From an uncultured delta proteobacterium (GTDB lineage: Bacteria > Myxococcota > Myxococcia > Myxococcales > Anaeromyxobacteraceae): DNA of 64,000 nt. Numbering within the stretch: the stretch's first letter is position 1; every line of letters begins with the position of its first letter. Both the position numbers and the translations under genes were made by a program. Positions 10,535 to 21,594 of the stretch are shown here, in pieces. The notes below the pieces were generated by a model, which was not told where the DNA came from, searched no databases, and saw only the letters and a program-made list of their open reading frames with translations. The DNA is taken from positions 192,001 to 256,000 of the forward strand of contig CAVYBH010000012.1 in the NCBI GenBank assembly GCA_963766715.1, read 5' to 3'.

Positions 10535-10861
10535 CTAGGACGCGGACGGCGGAGGCTTCTCGCCCCTGCAGGCGCGGACGAAGCGGCGGGTGCGCTCGAT
10601 CCCCGCGGCCAGGGTCGGATGGCGCTCCAGCGGGCGTCCGGCCGCCGCCGGGATCGGGGCCGCGGCCGACGGGTCCTCGGTGTCCCAGGCCATGACGAGC
10701 CCGGCCGAGTCGAGGGCGGCGAAGAACGGCTCCCATCCGGTCCGCCCCGCGTTCTCGCCCTCGTCCACCAGGCGCGGGGCGCCGTCCACCAGGGCGGGCG
10801 AGAGGTGGTGGAATCCTGCGAACGAAAGAACCTCGCCGCGGTCGTGCGTCGCCACCTTCAT
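10535..10861 (-). CDS. Hypothetical protein (~108 aa)
   Basis: GGAGG RBS before ATG; MKVATHDRGEVLSFAGFHHLSP..GWEPFFAALD; fills the gap between rnr and tauE. Confidence 0.6.
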   Translation of the reverse strand: MKVATHDRGEVLSFAGFHHLSPALVDGAPRLVDEGENAGRTGWEPFFAALDSAGLVMAWDTEDPSAAAPIPAAAGRPLERHPTLAAGIERTRRFVRACRGEKPPPSAS

Positions 10862-10937
10862 GGTCGGGCCTCCTGCGACGGACTCTACCGTCGCCTCCGG
10901 TGGCGCACCAGCGCCCCGGCCAGGGTAGGATGTCGCC

Positions 10938-11696
10938 GTGCACGAGCATCCGTGGCTCCTTCTCGCCGTGGCCGCCTTCGGCGCCGGGGTGGTCAACGCC
11001 ATCGCCGGCGGTGGATCGCTCCTCTCCTTCCCCGCCCTGCTCTTCGTCGGCGTGCCGCCGGTGGCGGCGAACGCCACGAACACCGTGGCCATCTGGCCGG
11101 GCACCGTCTCCTCCACCTGGGCCTACCGCAAGCTGATCGGGGAGGAGAGGAAGCGCGCGCTCATCCTGTCCCTGCCGTCGCTCGCGGGCGGCCTGGCCGG
11201 CTCGATCCTGCTCCTCCACACCCCGGAGAAGGCCTTCAAGGCGGTGGTTCCCTGGCTCATCCTCTTCGCGGCCGGGCTCCTGTCGCTGCAGGGGCCCGTC
11301 TCCCGCTGGGTGGCGAGGAAGCTTCCGATGGCCGGCGATCGGGTCCCCCCGCCGCTCTGGGTGGCCCAGTTCCTCATCTCGCTCTACGGCGGCTACTTCG
11401 GCGCGGGGATCGGCATCCTCATGCTGGCGGCCATGGCCATCTTCCTGCCCGACACGCTCCAGCACGCCAACGCCCTCAAGGTGCTCTTCTCCCTGCTGAT
11501 CAACGGGATCGCCGCCCTGTACTTCCTCTTCGCGGGCGCCGTGCACCTTCCGGAGGCCGGGCTCATGGCCGTGGCGAGCGTGCTGGGCGGGTGGGTGGGT
11601 GCCCACGTCGCCCAGCGGCTGCCGGCCTGGCTGCTCCGCTACTCGGTGATCGCCTTCGCGGTGGTGGTGGCCGCGAAGCTCCTGCGGGACGGGTAG
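10938..11696 (+). CDS. TauE/SafE (TSUP) family membrane protein
   Basis: AGVVNAIAGGGSL, ANATN, YGGYFGAGIG; multiple TM helices. Confidence 0.88.
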   Translation: MHEHPWLLLAVAAFGAGVVNAIAGGGSLLSFPALLFVGVPPVAANATNTVAIWPGTVSSTWAYRKLIGEERKRALILSLPSLAGGLAGSILLLHTPEKAFKAVVPWLILFAAGLLSLQGPVSRWVARKLPMAGDRVPPPLWVAQFLISLYGGYFGAGIGILMLAAMAIFLPDTLQHANALKVLFSLLINGIAALYFLFAGAVHLPEAGLMAVASVLGGWVGAHVAQRLPAWLLRYSVIAFAVVVAAKLLRDG

Positions 11697-11699
11697 GGG

Positions 11700-12143
11700 C
11701 TACTTCCCGAAGGCCTTGGCGAAGCCGATGAGGGCCTCGAGCGCGTTGGTGGTGGTCAGGATGCCCACCAGCTTCTCGCCCTCGTCCACCACCACGACGC
11801 CGTTCAGCTTGCGATCGTGGAGGAGCTGCGCCACGTCGGCGATGTCGTCGTCGGGGTGAACCTTGTGCGGCTTCGGGTTCATGGCCGCCGTCACCGGCGT
11901 GCGCGCGAGCAGGTAGTGCACCTCCCAGGTGTCGAGGCTGGTGGCCTTGCTGGGGGTGAAATCCTTGAGCATCTTCTCGGTGACCACGCCGACGAGCTTG
12001 CCGTCGTGCATCACCGGCAGGCGCCGGATGTTCTTCTCCTTGAGCTTGTGGATCGCCTCCACGATGCTCGCGGAATCCTCGATGGTCATGGGGCTCGGCG
12101 TCATCCAGCGCCGGACCTTGGTCATGCTCGGGTCGGTGGACAT
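11700..12143 (-). CDS. CBS domain pair protein (AcuB-like)
   Basis: WMTPSPMTI..IRRLPV..LVGVVT; second CBS LVGILT. Confidence 0.85.
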   Translation of the reverse strand: MSTDPSMTKVRRWMTPSPMTIEDSASIVEAIHKLKEKNIRRLPVMHDGKLVGVVTEKMLKDFTPSKATSLDTWEVHYLLARTPVTAAMNPKPHKVHPDDDIADVAQLLHDRKLNGVVVVDEGEKLVGILTTTNALEALIGFAKAFGK

Positions 12144-12150
12144 GGTTCGA

Positions 12151-12855
12151 TCAGGCTCCCAGGAACGCCTTCTTGACGTGCTCGTTGACCAGCAGTGCCT
12201 CTCCGGTCCCGGAGAGTACCACCCTTCCGGTCTCGAGGACGTAGGCCCGATGGGAGATGCGGAGGGACTGGAAGACGTTCTGCTCGACCAGGAGGATGGT
12301 GATCCCCTGGCGGTTGATCTCCTTGATGATCTCGAAGATGTTCTTCACGAATAGTGGGGAGAGCCCCAGCGACGGCTCGTCGAGGAGCAGCAGGCGGGGG
12401 TTCGTCATGAGCCCGCGCCCGATGGCCAGCATCTGCTGCTCGCCACCCGACAGGGTACCCCCCAGCTGCTTCTGGCGCTCGGCCAGCCGCGGGAAGAGCG
12501 TGAAGGCCCGCTCGAGGTTCCGCTGCCGGTCCGGTCGGGTCGCCTTCACGAAGGAGCCCATCCGGAGGTTCTCGAGGACGGTCATCTCCGGGAAGATGCG
12601 TCGCCCTTCCGGGACCTGGACAATCCCCATCTCGACCACCTGGTGGGACTCCAGCTTCTCGAGGTCCTTGCCCTCGAAGGTGATCGTCCCCCGGGTGGGA
12701 CGGACCAGGCGGGAGACGTTCCGGAGGGTGGTGGACTTGCCGGCGCCGTTGGCTCCCAGCACGGTGACGATCTCCCCCTGGTTCACCTGGAGCGAGACGC
12801 CCCAGAGGACCTGGAGGTCGCCGTAGCTGAAGTCGAGGTTCTCGATCCGGAGCAC
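12151..12855 (-). CDS. livF: HAAT ABC transporter ATP-binding protein
   Basis: GANGAGKST, VPEGRRIF, LSGGEQQMLA, LLDEPSLGL. Confidence 0.92.
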   Translation of the reverse strand: MLRIENLDFSYGDLQVLWGVSLQVNQGEIVTVLGANGAGKSTTLRNVSRLVRPTRGTITFEGKDLEKLESHQVVEMGIVQVPEGRRIFPEMTVLENLRMGSFVKATRPDRQRNLERAFTLFPRLAERQKQLGGTLSGGEQQMLAIGRGLMTNPRLLLLDEPSLGLSPLFVKNIFEIIKEINRQGITILLVEQNVFQSLRISHRAYVLETGRVVLSGTGEALLVNEHVKKAFLGA

Positions 12856-12868
12856 GCGGTCCCCTCGT

Positions 12869-13591
12869 TCAGGCCTGGGCCTCGCCCAGGTAGGCGGTGA
12901 TCACGTCGGGGTTCGAGACGATCTCCTGGGGGGCGCCCTCGGCCAGCATCTCGCCCGAGTTGAGCACCACGATGCGATCCGAGATCCGCATGATGGCCTT
13001 CATGTCGTGCTCGATGACCATCTGCGTGAGCCCTCGCTTCTTGATGTCGAGGATGAGCTGGATGATCTCCTCGCTCTCGGTGGGGTTGAGGCCGCCCATG
13101 ACCTCGTCGAGGAGCAGGAGGGAGGGGCGGGTGGCGAGCACCCGCGCCACCTCCAGCTTCTTCCGCTCGCCGATGGGGAGGCCGCCGGCCAGGAAGTCGG
13201 CCTTGTGGGCCATCTTCACGACCTGCAACTGCTCCCGGGCGATCTCCCGGGCCTCGCGCACCGAGCGGGTCCGGACGAGCGCGCCCACCACGACGTTGTC
13301 GAGCACGGTGAGCTTCGCGAGCGGACGGACCTTTTGCCAGGTCCGGACCATGCCCCGCTTGCAGACGCGGTCGGGCGTCATCCCGTGCAGGCTCTCCTGC
13401 CGGAAGAGGATCTCGCCCTTGGACGGCGGGTAGTAGCCGGTGATGCAGTTGAAGAGGGTGGTCTTCCCGGCGCCGTTGGGGCCGATGAGCCCCATGATCA
13501 TCCCCTCCTCCATCGAGAAGGAGACGTCGGAGTTGGCGGCCAGCCCTCCGAAGAACTTGCTGACGTGCCGGATCTCCAGGATGGCGCTCAT
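12869..13591 (-). CDS. livG: HAAT ABC transporter ATP-binding protein
   Basis: KFFGGL, GPNGAGKTT, LLLDE, IEHDM, VITAYLG. Confidence 0.9.
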   Translation of the reverse strand: MSAILEIRHVSKFFGGLAANSDVSFSMEEGMIMGLIGPNGAGKTTLFNCITGYYPPSKGEILFRQESLHGMTPDRVCKRGMVRTWQKVRPLAKLTVLDNVVVGALVRTRSVREAREIAREQLQVVKMAHKADFLAGGLPIGERKKLEVARVLATRPSLLLLDEVMGGLNPTESEEIIQLILDIKKRGLTQMVIEHDMKAIMRISDRIVVLNSGEMLAEGAPQEIVSNPDVITAYLGEAQA

Positions 13592-14684
13592 CGGACGCCT
13601 CCCGGCCGCGGCCCGCGCCTGGCGCCTGCGCGCCCAGCTCTTGAAGGCGCCGAGCACGCCGTCCGGCATGAAGAGGATGGTGAGCGCCACCAGGATGCCG
13701 TAGATGAGCATGTGGGCGTGGGACAGGTTGTCGCGCAGGAACGTCCCCACCGTCGAGGTCGGCGCTGACGAGCCCCGAGCCGACCAGCGCGTCGGTGAGG
13801 GCGTTGGACCGCAGCGCCTCGGAGAGCGCGACCAGCAGCGCGGCGCCCACCACCGGGCCGAGGATGGTGCCGATGCCGCCGATGATGGCGGTGAGGACAA
13901 TCTGCACCGAGATGTCGAGCCCGACCGCCGTCGACGGGTCGATGAATCCCACGTACAGGCCGTAGAGGGCGCCCGGCCCAGGCGGTGAAGACCGCCGAGA
14001 TGACGAGGGCGACGTTCTTGTAGAAGGTGAGCGGGATGCCGAGCGAGTTGGCCGCGTCCTGGTCCTCCCGGATGGCCTGCAGGTAGTAGCCCGAGCTTGG
14101 AGCCCTGGAACCAGACGGTCACGAGGACGACAATCACCGAGAGGGCGAGCCCCATGTAGTAGTAGGGCACCTTGGAGACGAAGTCCGTCACCACCGCGCC
14201 CCCCACGACCAGCGGCGGGACGTCGGAGAGCAGGATGCCCTCGGCGCCGTTGGTCAGGTCCTTCCAGTTGAGGGCGGCGAGCCGGAAGATCTCCGCCACG
14301 GCGATGGAGGCCAGCACGAAGTAGGGCCCGCGCAGGCGAAAGGTGATGCTGCCCACGATGGCCGCCACCACGGCCGCGAGGACGAGCGCCGGGAAGAGCC
14401 CCCACCAGGGCGCGATCCCCTTCGTCTGCAGGAGGACGATCACCGTGTAGGCGCCGATGCCGAAGTAGGCGGCGTGGCCGACCGAGTACTGGCCCCCGTA
14501 TCCGCCGATCAGGTTCCACGCCTCTCCCATGATCACGGAGAGGAAGAAGAGGATCATGAGGTGCAGCGCGTACGGGCTGTCCACGAATCTCGGGAAGACG
14601 GCCAGCGCCGCCACCAGGACGCGCCGCGAGGAGCACGGGGAGGGCGGCCAGGCCGCGCTGTCTGGAGCTCCGGAGGGGGGACAT
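13588..14684 (-). CDS. livM: HAAT ABC transporter permease (several frameshifts)
   Basis: WNLIGGYGGQYSVGHAAYFGIGAY, RLRGPYF, IIGGIGTILGP, MPDGVLG in different frames. Confidence 0.85.
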
Positions 14685-14688
14685 TCCG

Positions 14689-15555
14689 TCAGACCCGTGA
14701 CTTGCCGAAGAGGCCGGCCGGCTTGAAGAGGAGGATGGCCAGGAAGAGGACGTAGACCACCAGGTCCTTCATCCCCGCGCCGATGTAGGCGCCGGCCAGG
14801 GACTCGGTGGCGCCGATGAGGATCCCGCCCACCGTGGCGCCCATCACGCTGCCCATCCCGCCCAGCACCACGATGACGAACGCCTTCAGGGTGAAGGGCT
14901 GCCCCACCTGCGGGAAGATGTAATAGGTGGGCGAGATGAGGGAGCCGGCCACCGCGGCCAGCCCCGCGCCGATGCCGGTGGCGAGCACGCTCATGCGCCG
15001 GACGTTCACCCCCATGAGCTGGGCCGCGTCCCGGTCCTGGGCGGTGGCGCGGATGGCCTGCCCGGTGTCGGTCTTCAGGAGGAACCAGTAGAGGACCGCC
15101 GTCACCGCCGCGGTGATGACGAAGGAGAGGAGCAGCGGGACCGACACCGAGATCTCGCCGATCCGGAAGCTCGCCGAGGAGTAGGGGGTCGAGATGATCC
15201 GGTAGTCGGAGGTGAAGAGCAGCATCATCGTGTTGCTGAGGATGAGGCCGATCCCGATGGTGAGCAGGATCTGGTTCTGCGGCAGCGCGTTCAGGACCCG
15301 GTTGATGACGGTCTTCTGGAGGACGGCGCCGAAGAGGAAGAGCGCCGGGAAGACGAAGACGATGGAGACGAACGGGTCCACGTGACCCATCGTGAACAGG
15401 AAGTAGGACGCGTACATCCCCAGCATCACCAGCTCGCCGTGGGCGAAGTTGATGATGCGCATCACGCCGAAGATGATGGTGAGCCCCACGCCGATGAGCG
15501 CGTAGGCCCCGCCGATGAGGATTCCCGACAGCAGCGACTGGAGGAAGATGGTCAT
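14689..15555 (-). CDS. livH: HAAT ABC transporter permease
   Basis: GLTIIFGVMRIINFAHGE, GQAIRATAQD, KAFVIVVLGG, KPAGLFG. Confidence 0.92.
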   Translation of the reverse strand: MTIFLQSLLSGILIGGAYALIGVGLTIIFGVMRIINFAHGELVMLGMYASYFLFTMGHVDPFVSIVFVFPALFLFGAVLQKTVINRVLNALPQNQILLTIGIGLILSNTMMLLFTSDYRIISTPYSSASFRIGEISVSVPLLLSFVITAAVTAVLYWFLLKTDTGQAIRATAQDRDAAQLMGVNVRRMSVLATGIGAGLAAVAGSLISPTYYIFPQVGQPFTLKAFVIVVLGGMGSVMGATVGGILIGATESLAGAYIGAGMKDLVVYVLFLAILLFKPAGLFGKSRV

Positions 15556-15573
15556 CGGCGGGCGAAGCCGCGG

Positions 15574-16731
15574 CTACTTCCAGCCCGGGAACGGCCAGAC
15601 GGGCTTGGCGCTCTGCTGGCCCGGGGGCCACACGGTGAAGTACTTCCCGTCCTGGACCTGCTCCACCAGCATCTGGTGCTTGTTCTGGTTGGTGTAGCCG
15701 TCGAAGTCCTGGAACTTCACCGGCCCGAAGAGGCCGTCCCAGCTGCCGGCCCGCAGCCCGGCGGCGATCTTCTCCCGGTCGCCGCCGGCCTTGGCCGCGG
15801 TCTCGCCGAGGATCAGCATGGCGGTGTAGGCGTTGGCGGCGTGGTAGGTGGGCACCTTGCCGAAGCGCTTCTGGTAGCGATCGCCGAAGGCCTTGGCGCC
15901 CGGCCAGTTCACGTCCGGCGTCCACTGGGTGCTGGAGAAGACGCCGTTCGAGATGTTCTTCTCGCTGGCGAACTCGGCGGTGGAGAAGCCGGCTCCGGCG
16001 CCCAGGAAGGCCATGGGCGTCAGCTGCAGCTCGCGCGACTGGCGCATCAGCGTGATGGCGTCGGCCACGTAGGAGACCATGAACATGAGGTCGGGACTGG
16101 CTCCCTTCACCTTCACGAGCGTGGAGCGGTAGTCGGGGGAGCCGGGGGAGTAGGCCTCCTCGAAGACGACCTTGATGCCCCGCTTCTCGGCGTAGGCCCG
16201 GGCGCTCTTCGCGCCGGAGACGCCGAAGTCGGTGTTCTCGGAGAGGATGGCGATGCTCTTCGGCTTGCCCAGCGTGGTGGCCATGTCGAGGAGGATCGAC
16301 GTGTAGTCGCCGGTCGTGGCCGAGACGCGGAAGACGTACTTGTAGCCCTGCCGCGTGATCTCCTCCTTGGCGGCCACCGGGTTCACGAGCGGCACCTTGT
16401 ACTGCTCGGCCTTCTTGGCCACGGCGTTCGTCACCGCGGAGGTGTAGGCGCCCACCACGGCGGCGACGTTGTCGCGGGTGGCCAGCTTGTCCATGGCGGA
16501 GAGCCCGACCTGGGGCTTGCCGGTGTCGTCCTCCCAGACGAGCTGGACCTTGATGCCCTTCGCCGCGAGGTCCTCCTCGGCGAGCTTGATGCCGTTCGTG
16601 AGGTTCTCGCCGATGGGCGCCTGCGGCCCGGTCATCGAGTTGATGACGCCGATCTTGACCTGGGCGGAGGAGAGCGCCGGCGAGAGCGCCAGCAGGGCTG
16701 CGAGCAGGACGGGGGAGCGCATCGGGTTCAT
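15574..16731 (-). CDS. HAAT ABC transporter substrate-binding protein (LivK/LivJ-like)
   Basis: Signal peptide, VKIGVINSMTG, EDDTGKP, VGAYTS; GGAGG upstream of ATG. Confidence 0.88.
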   Translation of the reverse strand: MNPMRSPVLLAALLALSPALSSAQVKIGVINSMTGPQAPIGENLTNGIKLAEEDLAAKGIKVQLVWEDDTGKPQVGLSAMDKLATRDNVAAVVGAYTSAVTNAVAKKAEQYKVPLVNPVAAKEEITRQGYKYVFRVSATTGDYTSILLDMATTLGKPKSIAILSENTDFGVSGAKSARAYAEKRGIKVVFEEAYSPGSPDYRSTLVKVKGASPDLMFMVSYVADAITLMRQSRELQLTPMAFLGAGAGFSTAEFASEKNISNGVFSSTQWTPDVNWPGAKAFGDRYQKRFGKVPTYHAANAYTAMLILGETAAKAGGDREKIAAGLRAGSWDGLFGPVKFQDFDGYTNQNKHQMLVEQVQDGKYFTVWPPGQQSAKPVWPFPGWK

Positions 16732-16790
16732 GGCTGGCCTCCTTCGATCGCGAACGGGAGAATGGCCCGGGAGGATAGCACCCCGGAACT

Positions 16791-17250
16791 TCAGGTGTCG
16801 CCGGGCGCCCTCGGGAAACGTGCCCCTGGCGTGCACGACCAGGACGCTCCGGTCGCCGAGGTTCACGACCCGGGCCGCGTTGGTTCCGAGCACGCGGTCC
16901 AGGCCGCCGTACCCGTGGCTGCCGATGACGATCAGGTCGACGTCGAGGCGCTCCGCGACGGCCAGGATCGCCTTCCAGGGAGGCGTCTCGCTCATCTCGA
17001 GGGGCTCCAGCACGACGTCCGGCGCATCCGCCGACCAGCTGCCCGCAGGTCGCGGTCGGCCTGGGACTGCATGCGGGAGGCTCCCCGGTCGTCGTCCGAG
17101 TGGGCCTGCGGCCGGGATGTCCGGCGGGACGTAGAGGGCCCGGTAGACGTGGATGCGGGCTCCGAATCGCCTCCCGACCTCCAGGGCCGCGGCCAGGACG
17201 CCGGGGGCGCGGCGGGAGGAGTCGACGGCGGCGAGGATGGACCGGATCAC
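16791..17250 (-). CDS. Universal stress protein (probable indels; 3' end approximate)
   Basis: SILAAVDSS..DLIVIGSHG..VLGTNAARVV..VLVVH Usp pattern. Confidence 0.8.
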
Positions 17251-17257
17251 GGGGGCC

Positions 17258-20200
17258 TCACGGGGTGGCGGGAGCGTGCGCGGGGGCAGCCGTCCCTGCC
17301 GGCGCCGGCTCCGCCGGGCGGCGGGCGAGCAGGAGGAACATCGTCGGCACGAGGAAGAGGGAGAGCGCCGTGGAGGAGGCGAGGCCTCCCACCACCGCGA
17401 GCGCCAGCGGCCGGTTGGCCGCGGTGCTGGCCTCGAGCCCGAGCGCCGTCGGGAGCAGGCCGATGATGGTGGCGAGGCTCGTCATGAGGATGGGGATGAA
17501 CCGGGTGCGCCCGGCCGTGACCACGGCCTCCACCTTCTCCATCCCGCGCAGGTACCGGTTGTTGGCCTCGTCGACGAGGAGGATCCCGTTCGACACGGCG
17601 ATGCCGATGACCATCAGCATCCCCATGAGCGCCGTGATCGAGAAGCCCTGGCCGGCGGCGAGCAGCGCCAGCACCACGCCCACCAGGGAGACCGGGATGG
17701 TGAAGAGCATGACGAAGGGGAGCCGGAGCGACTTGAACTGGGAGGCCATCACCATGAAGACGACCATCACGGCGAGCCCGATGGCCAGCCCCAGGCCGCC
17801 GAAGGTGGTCCGCATCAGCTCGACCTGCCCCACGAAGTGGTACCGGACGTCCCTCGTGCGCGGATCGGCCGCGAGCTTCCGCTCCAGCTCGGCGGCTGCG
17901 CTCCCGATGTCCCTGTCGCTCGGTCATCATGAGGAGGTGGCCGGCGCGCTCCAGGTTGTTGCGCTCCACGAGGATCGGGCCCGCCGAGCGCTGGACCGTG
18001 GCGTAGGCGCCCAGCGTGACGGCCTTGCCGGTGTCGCTCACCCGCACCGGGATCCGGGCCAGGTCCTCGGGCCCCAGGATGGTCCGGCCGTCGTAGGAGG
18101 TGACGACGTAGTACGACTGCCCGTTCCCGCCGTCGACCCAGATGCTCGGCGAGTTGATGTTGCCGAGGGTGGCCTCCAGGGTGGCCTGCGCCGCGGCGCG
18201 AGGCGACACGCCGACCAGGCCGGCCCTGGTGCGATCGGTGTCGATGCGCACCTCGGGGTAGCTGGTCTGGGTCGGTCGAGTAGATGTCGCCGATCCCCGG
18301 GACGGTCCGGGCCACGTCGGCCACGACGTCGAGCTCGGCGGCGAGCTTGTCGAGGTCGTCGTTGCGGACCTCGAGCGCGAGCGGGGCGCGGTAGCCGTTC
18401 GCGAAGACGCTGGCGACCAGCCCGCCGGGCGCCTGGAGGAACTCGACGCCCGGATAGTGCTTGCGGAGGATGGCGCGGGCCATGTCCGCGATCTCCCCCT
18501 GCGTCTGCTTGCGATCCTCCGCGTCGACGAGCTGGAGCCGGATGTAGCCCATGTGCGGACCGGCGTTGAAGCTCCCCATGGCGGCGCGGATGTTCTGCGG
18601 GACGCCGATGTTGGTCAGCACCAGCTTGACGGTGTCCTTGGGCAGCTCGTCGACGACCGTCTTCGCCATCTCGTCGATGCGGCGCGAGGCGTCGCCAATC
18701 GACACGCCGGGCGCGAAGCGGACGTAGATCCGCTCCATCGACTCGTCGATCTCGGGGAAGAAGGTGCTGGGGAGGCGCGAGGCCGTCACGCCGGCCGCGA
18801 TGACCAGCACCGCGATGCCGGAGAGGAGCCAGGCGCGGTAGGGGAGGACCCGGCGCAGGGCGCTGGCGTAGCCGTCGGCGATCCTTCCGATGAAGCCCCC
18901 GACGACCTTGCCGACCCTCCCGGGCTCCTCGTGCCCGAGGAAGTACCGGCAGGCGAGCGGGGTCACGAGCATGCTGACGAAGTAGCCGGCGAACATGGCC
19001 ACCGCCACGGTGAGCGCGAGCGGCCCGAAGAGCTTTCGGGCCAGCCCGTAGAGGAGGACGACCGGGAGGAGGACGGCCACCGTGGTGAGGGTCGCCGCCA
19101 GCGCCGGCACGGCCACCGAGTTGGCTCCGCCCAGGGCCGAGGCGCTCGCGTCCTCTCCCCCGGCGCGATGCCGGTGGATGGCCTCCAGCACCACCACCGA
19201 GATGTCCACCAGCGGTCCCATGGCGAGCGTCAGGCCACCCAGCGTGAAGGCGTTCAAGCTCTGTCCCGTGGCGTACAGGACGATGAGGATGATGGCGAAG
19301 GAGATGGGAATGGCGATGGCCGCGATGAGCATCGACCGGGCGCTCTGGAGGAAGAGCAGGATGACGAGGGAGATGAGGACGAGGGCCTGGACGATCTCCT
19401 TCTTCAGTCCGGAGTAGGTGTTCCGGACGAAGGTCGACTGGTCGAAGATGGGCTCCACCTTCAGGCCCGGGGGCAGGTTCTTGAGCTCCGCCACCGCCTT
19501 CTTGACCGCGTCGACCACCTCGAGCGTGTTGCCGCCCGGCACGCGCAGCACGTTCAGGTAGACGGCGTCGTTGCCCTGGATGTTGACCGCCTGGGTGCGA
19601 GGCGTTCCCGAGTCCTCGACCCGGGCCACGTCCTTGATGAGGACCTGCTGGTTGCCGCGGACCTTGACCGGGGCGTCGCCGATGTCCTTCACCTTCCGCG
19701 CCACGGCGTTGGTGTAGACGTTCGCGTCGAAGGTGGGAGCGATGAACTCGCCGGAGGGGAGCAGCGCGTTCGACTGCGCCACCGCGGCGGCCACGTCGGC
19801 CGAGGTCACGTTCCGGGACTGGGCGCGGGCCTGGTCCACGATCACGTTGATCTGGCGCTGCCGGCCGCCGTTGATGGCGGCGCTGGCCACGCCGGAGATC
19901 CCCTCGAGGATGGGCTCGATGTCGTTCAGCGCGTAGTCGTAGAGCTGCGGCCCGGTGAGGCCTCCGCCGTAGACCGCCACCTGGATGACCGGCGCGTTCG
20001 AGGGATCCCACTGGATGACGAAGGGCGGGAGGACGCCCAGCGACTTCGGGACCGCGCTCATCGCGAAGGCCACGTTCTGCTGCACGAGCGTCTGGGCGGA
20101 GTTGAGGTCGGTGCCCCACTTCAGCCACACGAAGACGATGCTCAGGTTGTTGCGGGACGTGCTCTCCACGTGATCCACGCCCGGCGTGGCGCTCACGTAC

Positions 20201-20401
20201 TTCTCGATGCGCCAGCTGATGGTCTTCTCCACGTCCTTGGGGCCGAGGCCCGGGGCGAGGGTTCCGACCACCAGCACCGGCGGCGTGAGCTCCGGGAAGG
20301 TGTCCACGCTCATGCGCGGCGTCAGCACGAGCGGCGAAGACGATCACCGCGATCGACGCCATGAGGATGGCGATGGGGTTTCGAAGCGCGAGTCCGGTCA
20401 T
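17258..20401 (-). CDS. RND efflux transporter permease, AcrB/AcrD/AcrF family (frameshifts near 20335, 18270, 17920, 17850)
   Basis: ALRNPIAI start, DQSTFV, LNAFTLGGL, FFPEIDE, SQFKSLRLPF, PILMTSLATIIG. Confidence 0.9.
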
Positions 20402-20413
20402 GGGGATGCCTCC

Positions 20414-21594
20414 TCAGTCCCGGCTGGCGCGGGGCGGGAGGGACGGCTCGACCGCCGCCTTGACCCGATCGCCGTTCTGGAGGGACCCGCGCCCTTCCGT
20501 CACGACGACGGTCCCGGGCGCGAGCGACGGCCCGACGAAGAGGCGTCCCTCGCCCTCGCCGACGACCTCCACCGTCTTCTTGCTGGGCCACGCCGCCCTC
20601 CACCGTCATCACGGTGGCCTTCTCTCCCCGGACGGTGGCGGCGGTGAGGGGAATCTCCGTGGCCGGGATCGGCTTGCCGGCCTCGATGGACAGCTCGGCG
20701 GTGGTGTAGACGGGCAGGCGCCGTCCGGGATCCGGGACGTCGATCTCGAAATGGATGGTGCGGGTCGACCGGTCGGCGGCCGGAGAGCGCCGGGAGATCG
20801 TGGCCGGTGAGCTCGGCGCCGGTGGACGTGATCCGGATCTTCACCGGCGTCCCGGGTGCGACGTTCGCGAAGTCCGCCTCCGGGACGTCGGCGACGACCC
20901 GGACGACGGAGCGGTCCACGACCGAGAGCGCCCAGGTGCCCGGGCGGGCGAAGGCGCCGGGGTCCATCTCGCGGGCTCCCACCTCGCCGTCGAACGGGGC
21001 CCGCAGGATGCAGTCGTCGACCTCGAGCGACGAGCGAACCAGCTTGGCGCGGGTGCTCTGGAGCTCGGCCTCCTTGCTCGCGCTCTCGGCGTTCTTCTGC
21101 TCGGCCTCGTTGGGGGAGACGAAGCCCCCCGCGAGCAGGCCGCCGACGCGCGAGGCCTCGTGGGCGAGCGCTTCCTGGCGCGCCTCGATGGCGCGGGCCT
21201 GCGCGGCGACCGCCTTCGATTCGGCGGAGGCGTTGCGGCAGTCCAGCGTGCCCAGGACCTGCCCCTTTCGCACGGCCGCGCCCGGGCGCACGAGGATGGT
21301 GTCGACGTAGGCGGCGACGAACTGTGGCCCCAGGCGCGCCTCGATCCAGGGCTCCACCGTCCCGACGTAGTGGGCGATGGGCTGGAAGCTCGCGGCGACG
21401 GCGGTGCCGGTCGCCACGCCCTTCGGCTCGGCGGACAGGGGCACCTTGTTCACCCGGCTCGTCGAGCGGGCGAGGAGCAGGCCCCCGCCGGCGAGGACCA
21501 CCAGCACGACGATGGAGATCGCGAGGGGAACCGGAGGAAGCCTCCGGAACCACGAGCGCGCCGGGGCGTCACCGGTCTTGCTGGGGTCTGTCAC
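20414..21594 (-). CDS. RND periplasmic adaptor subunit (frameshifts near 20800 and 20580)
   Basis: N-terminal TM, VRPGAAVRKGQVLG, LRAPFDGEV. Confidence 0.85.

Noticed and set aside
12869..14684. LivM-LivG fusion
   Set aside because: An ATGA overlap at 13588-13591 is the usual junction, and livM already contains several indels
15574..17250. 558-aa USP-binding-protein fusion ORF
   Set aside because: The binding protein has its own GGAGG, ATG (16731) and signal peptide, and a TGA lies out of frame at 16791; probably an indel artefact
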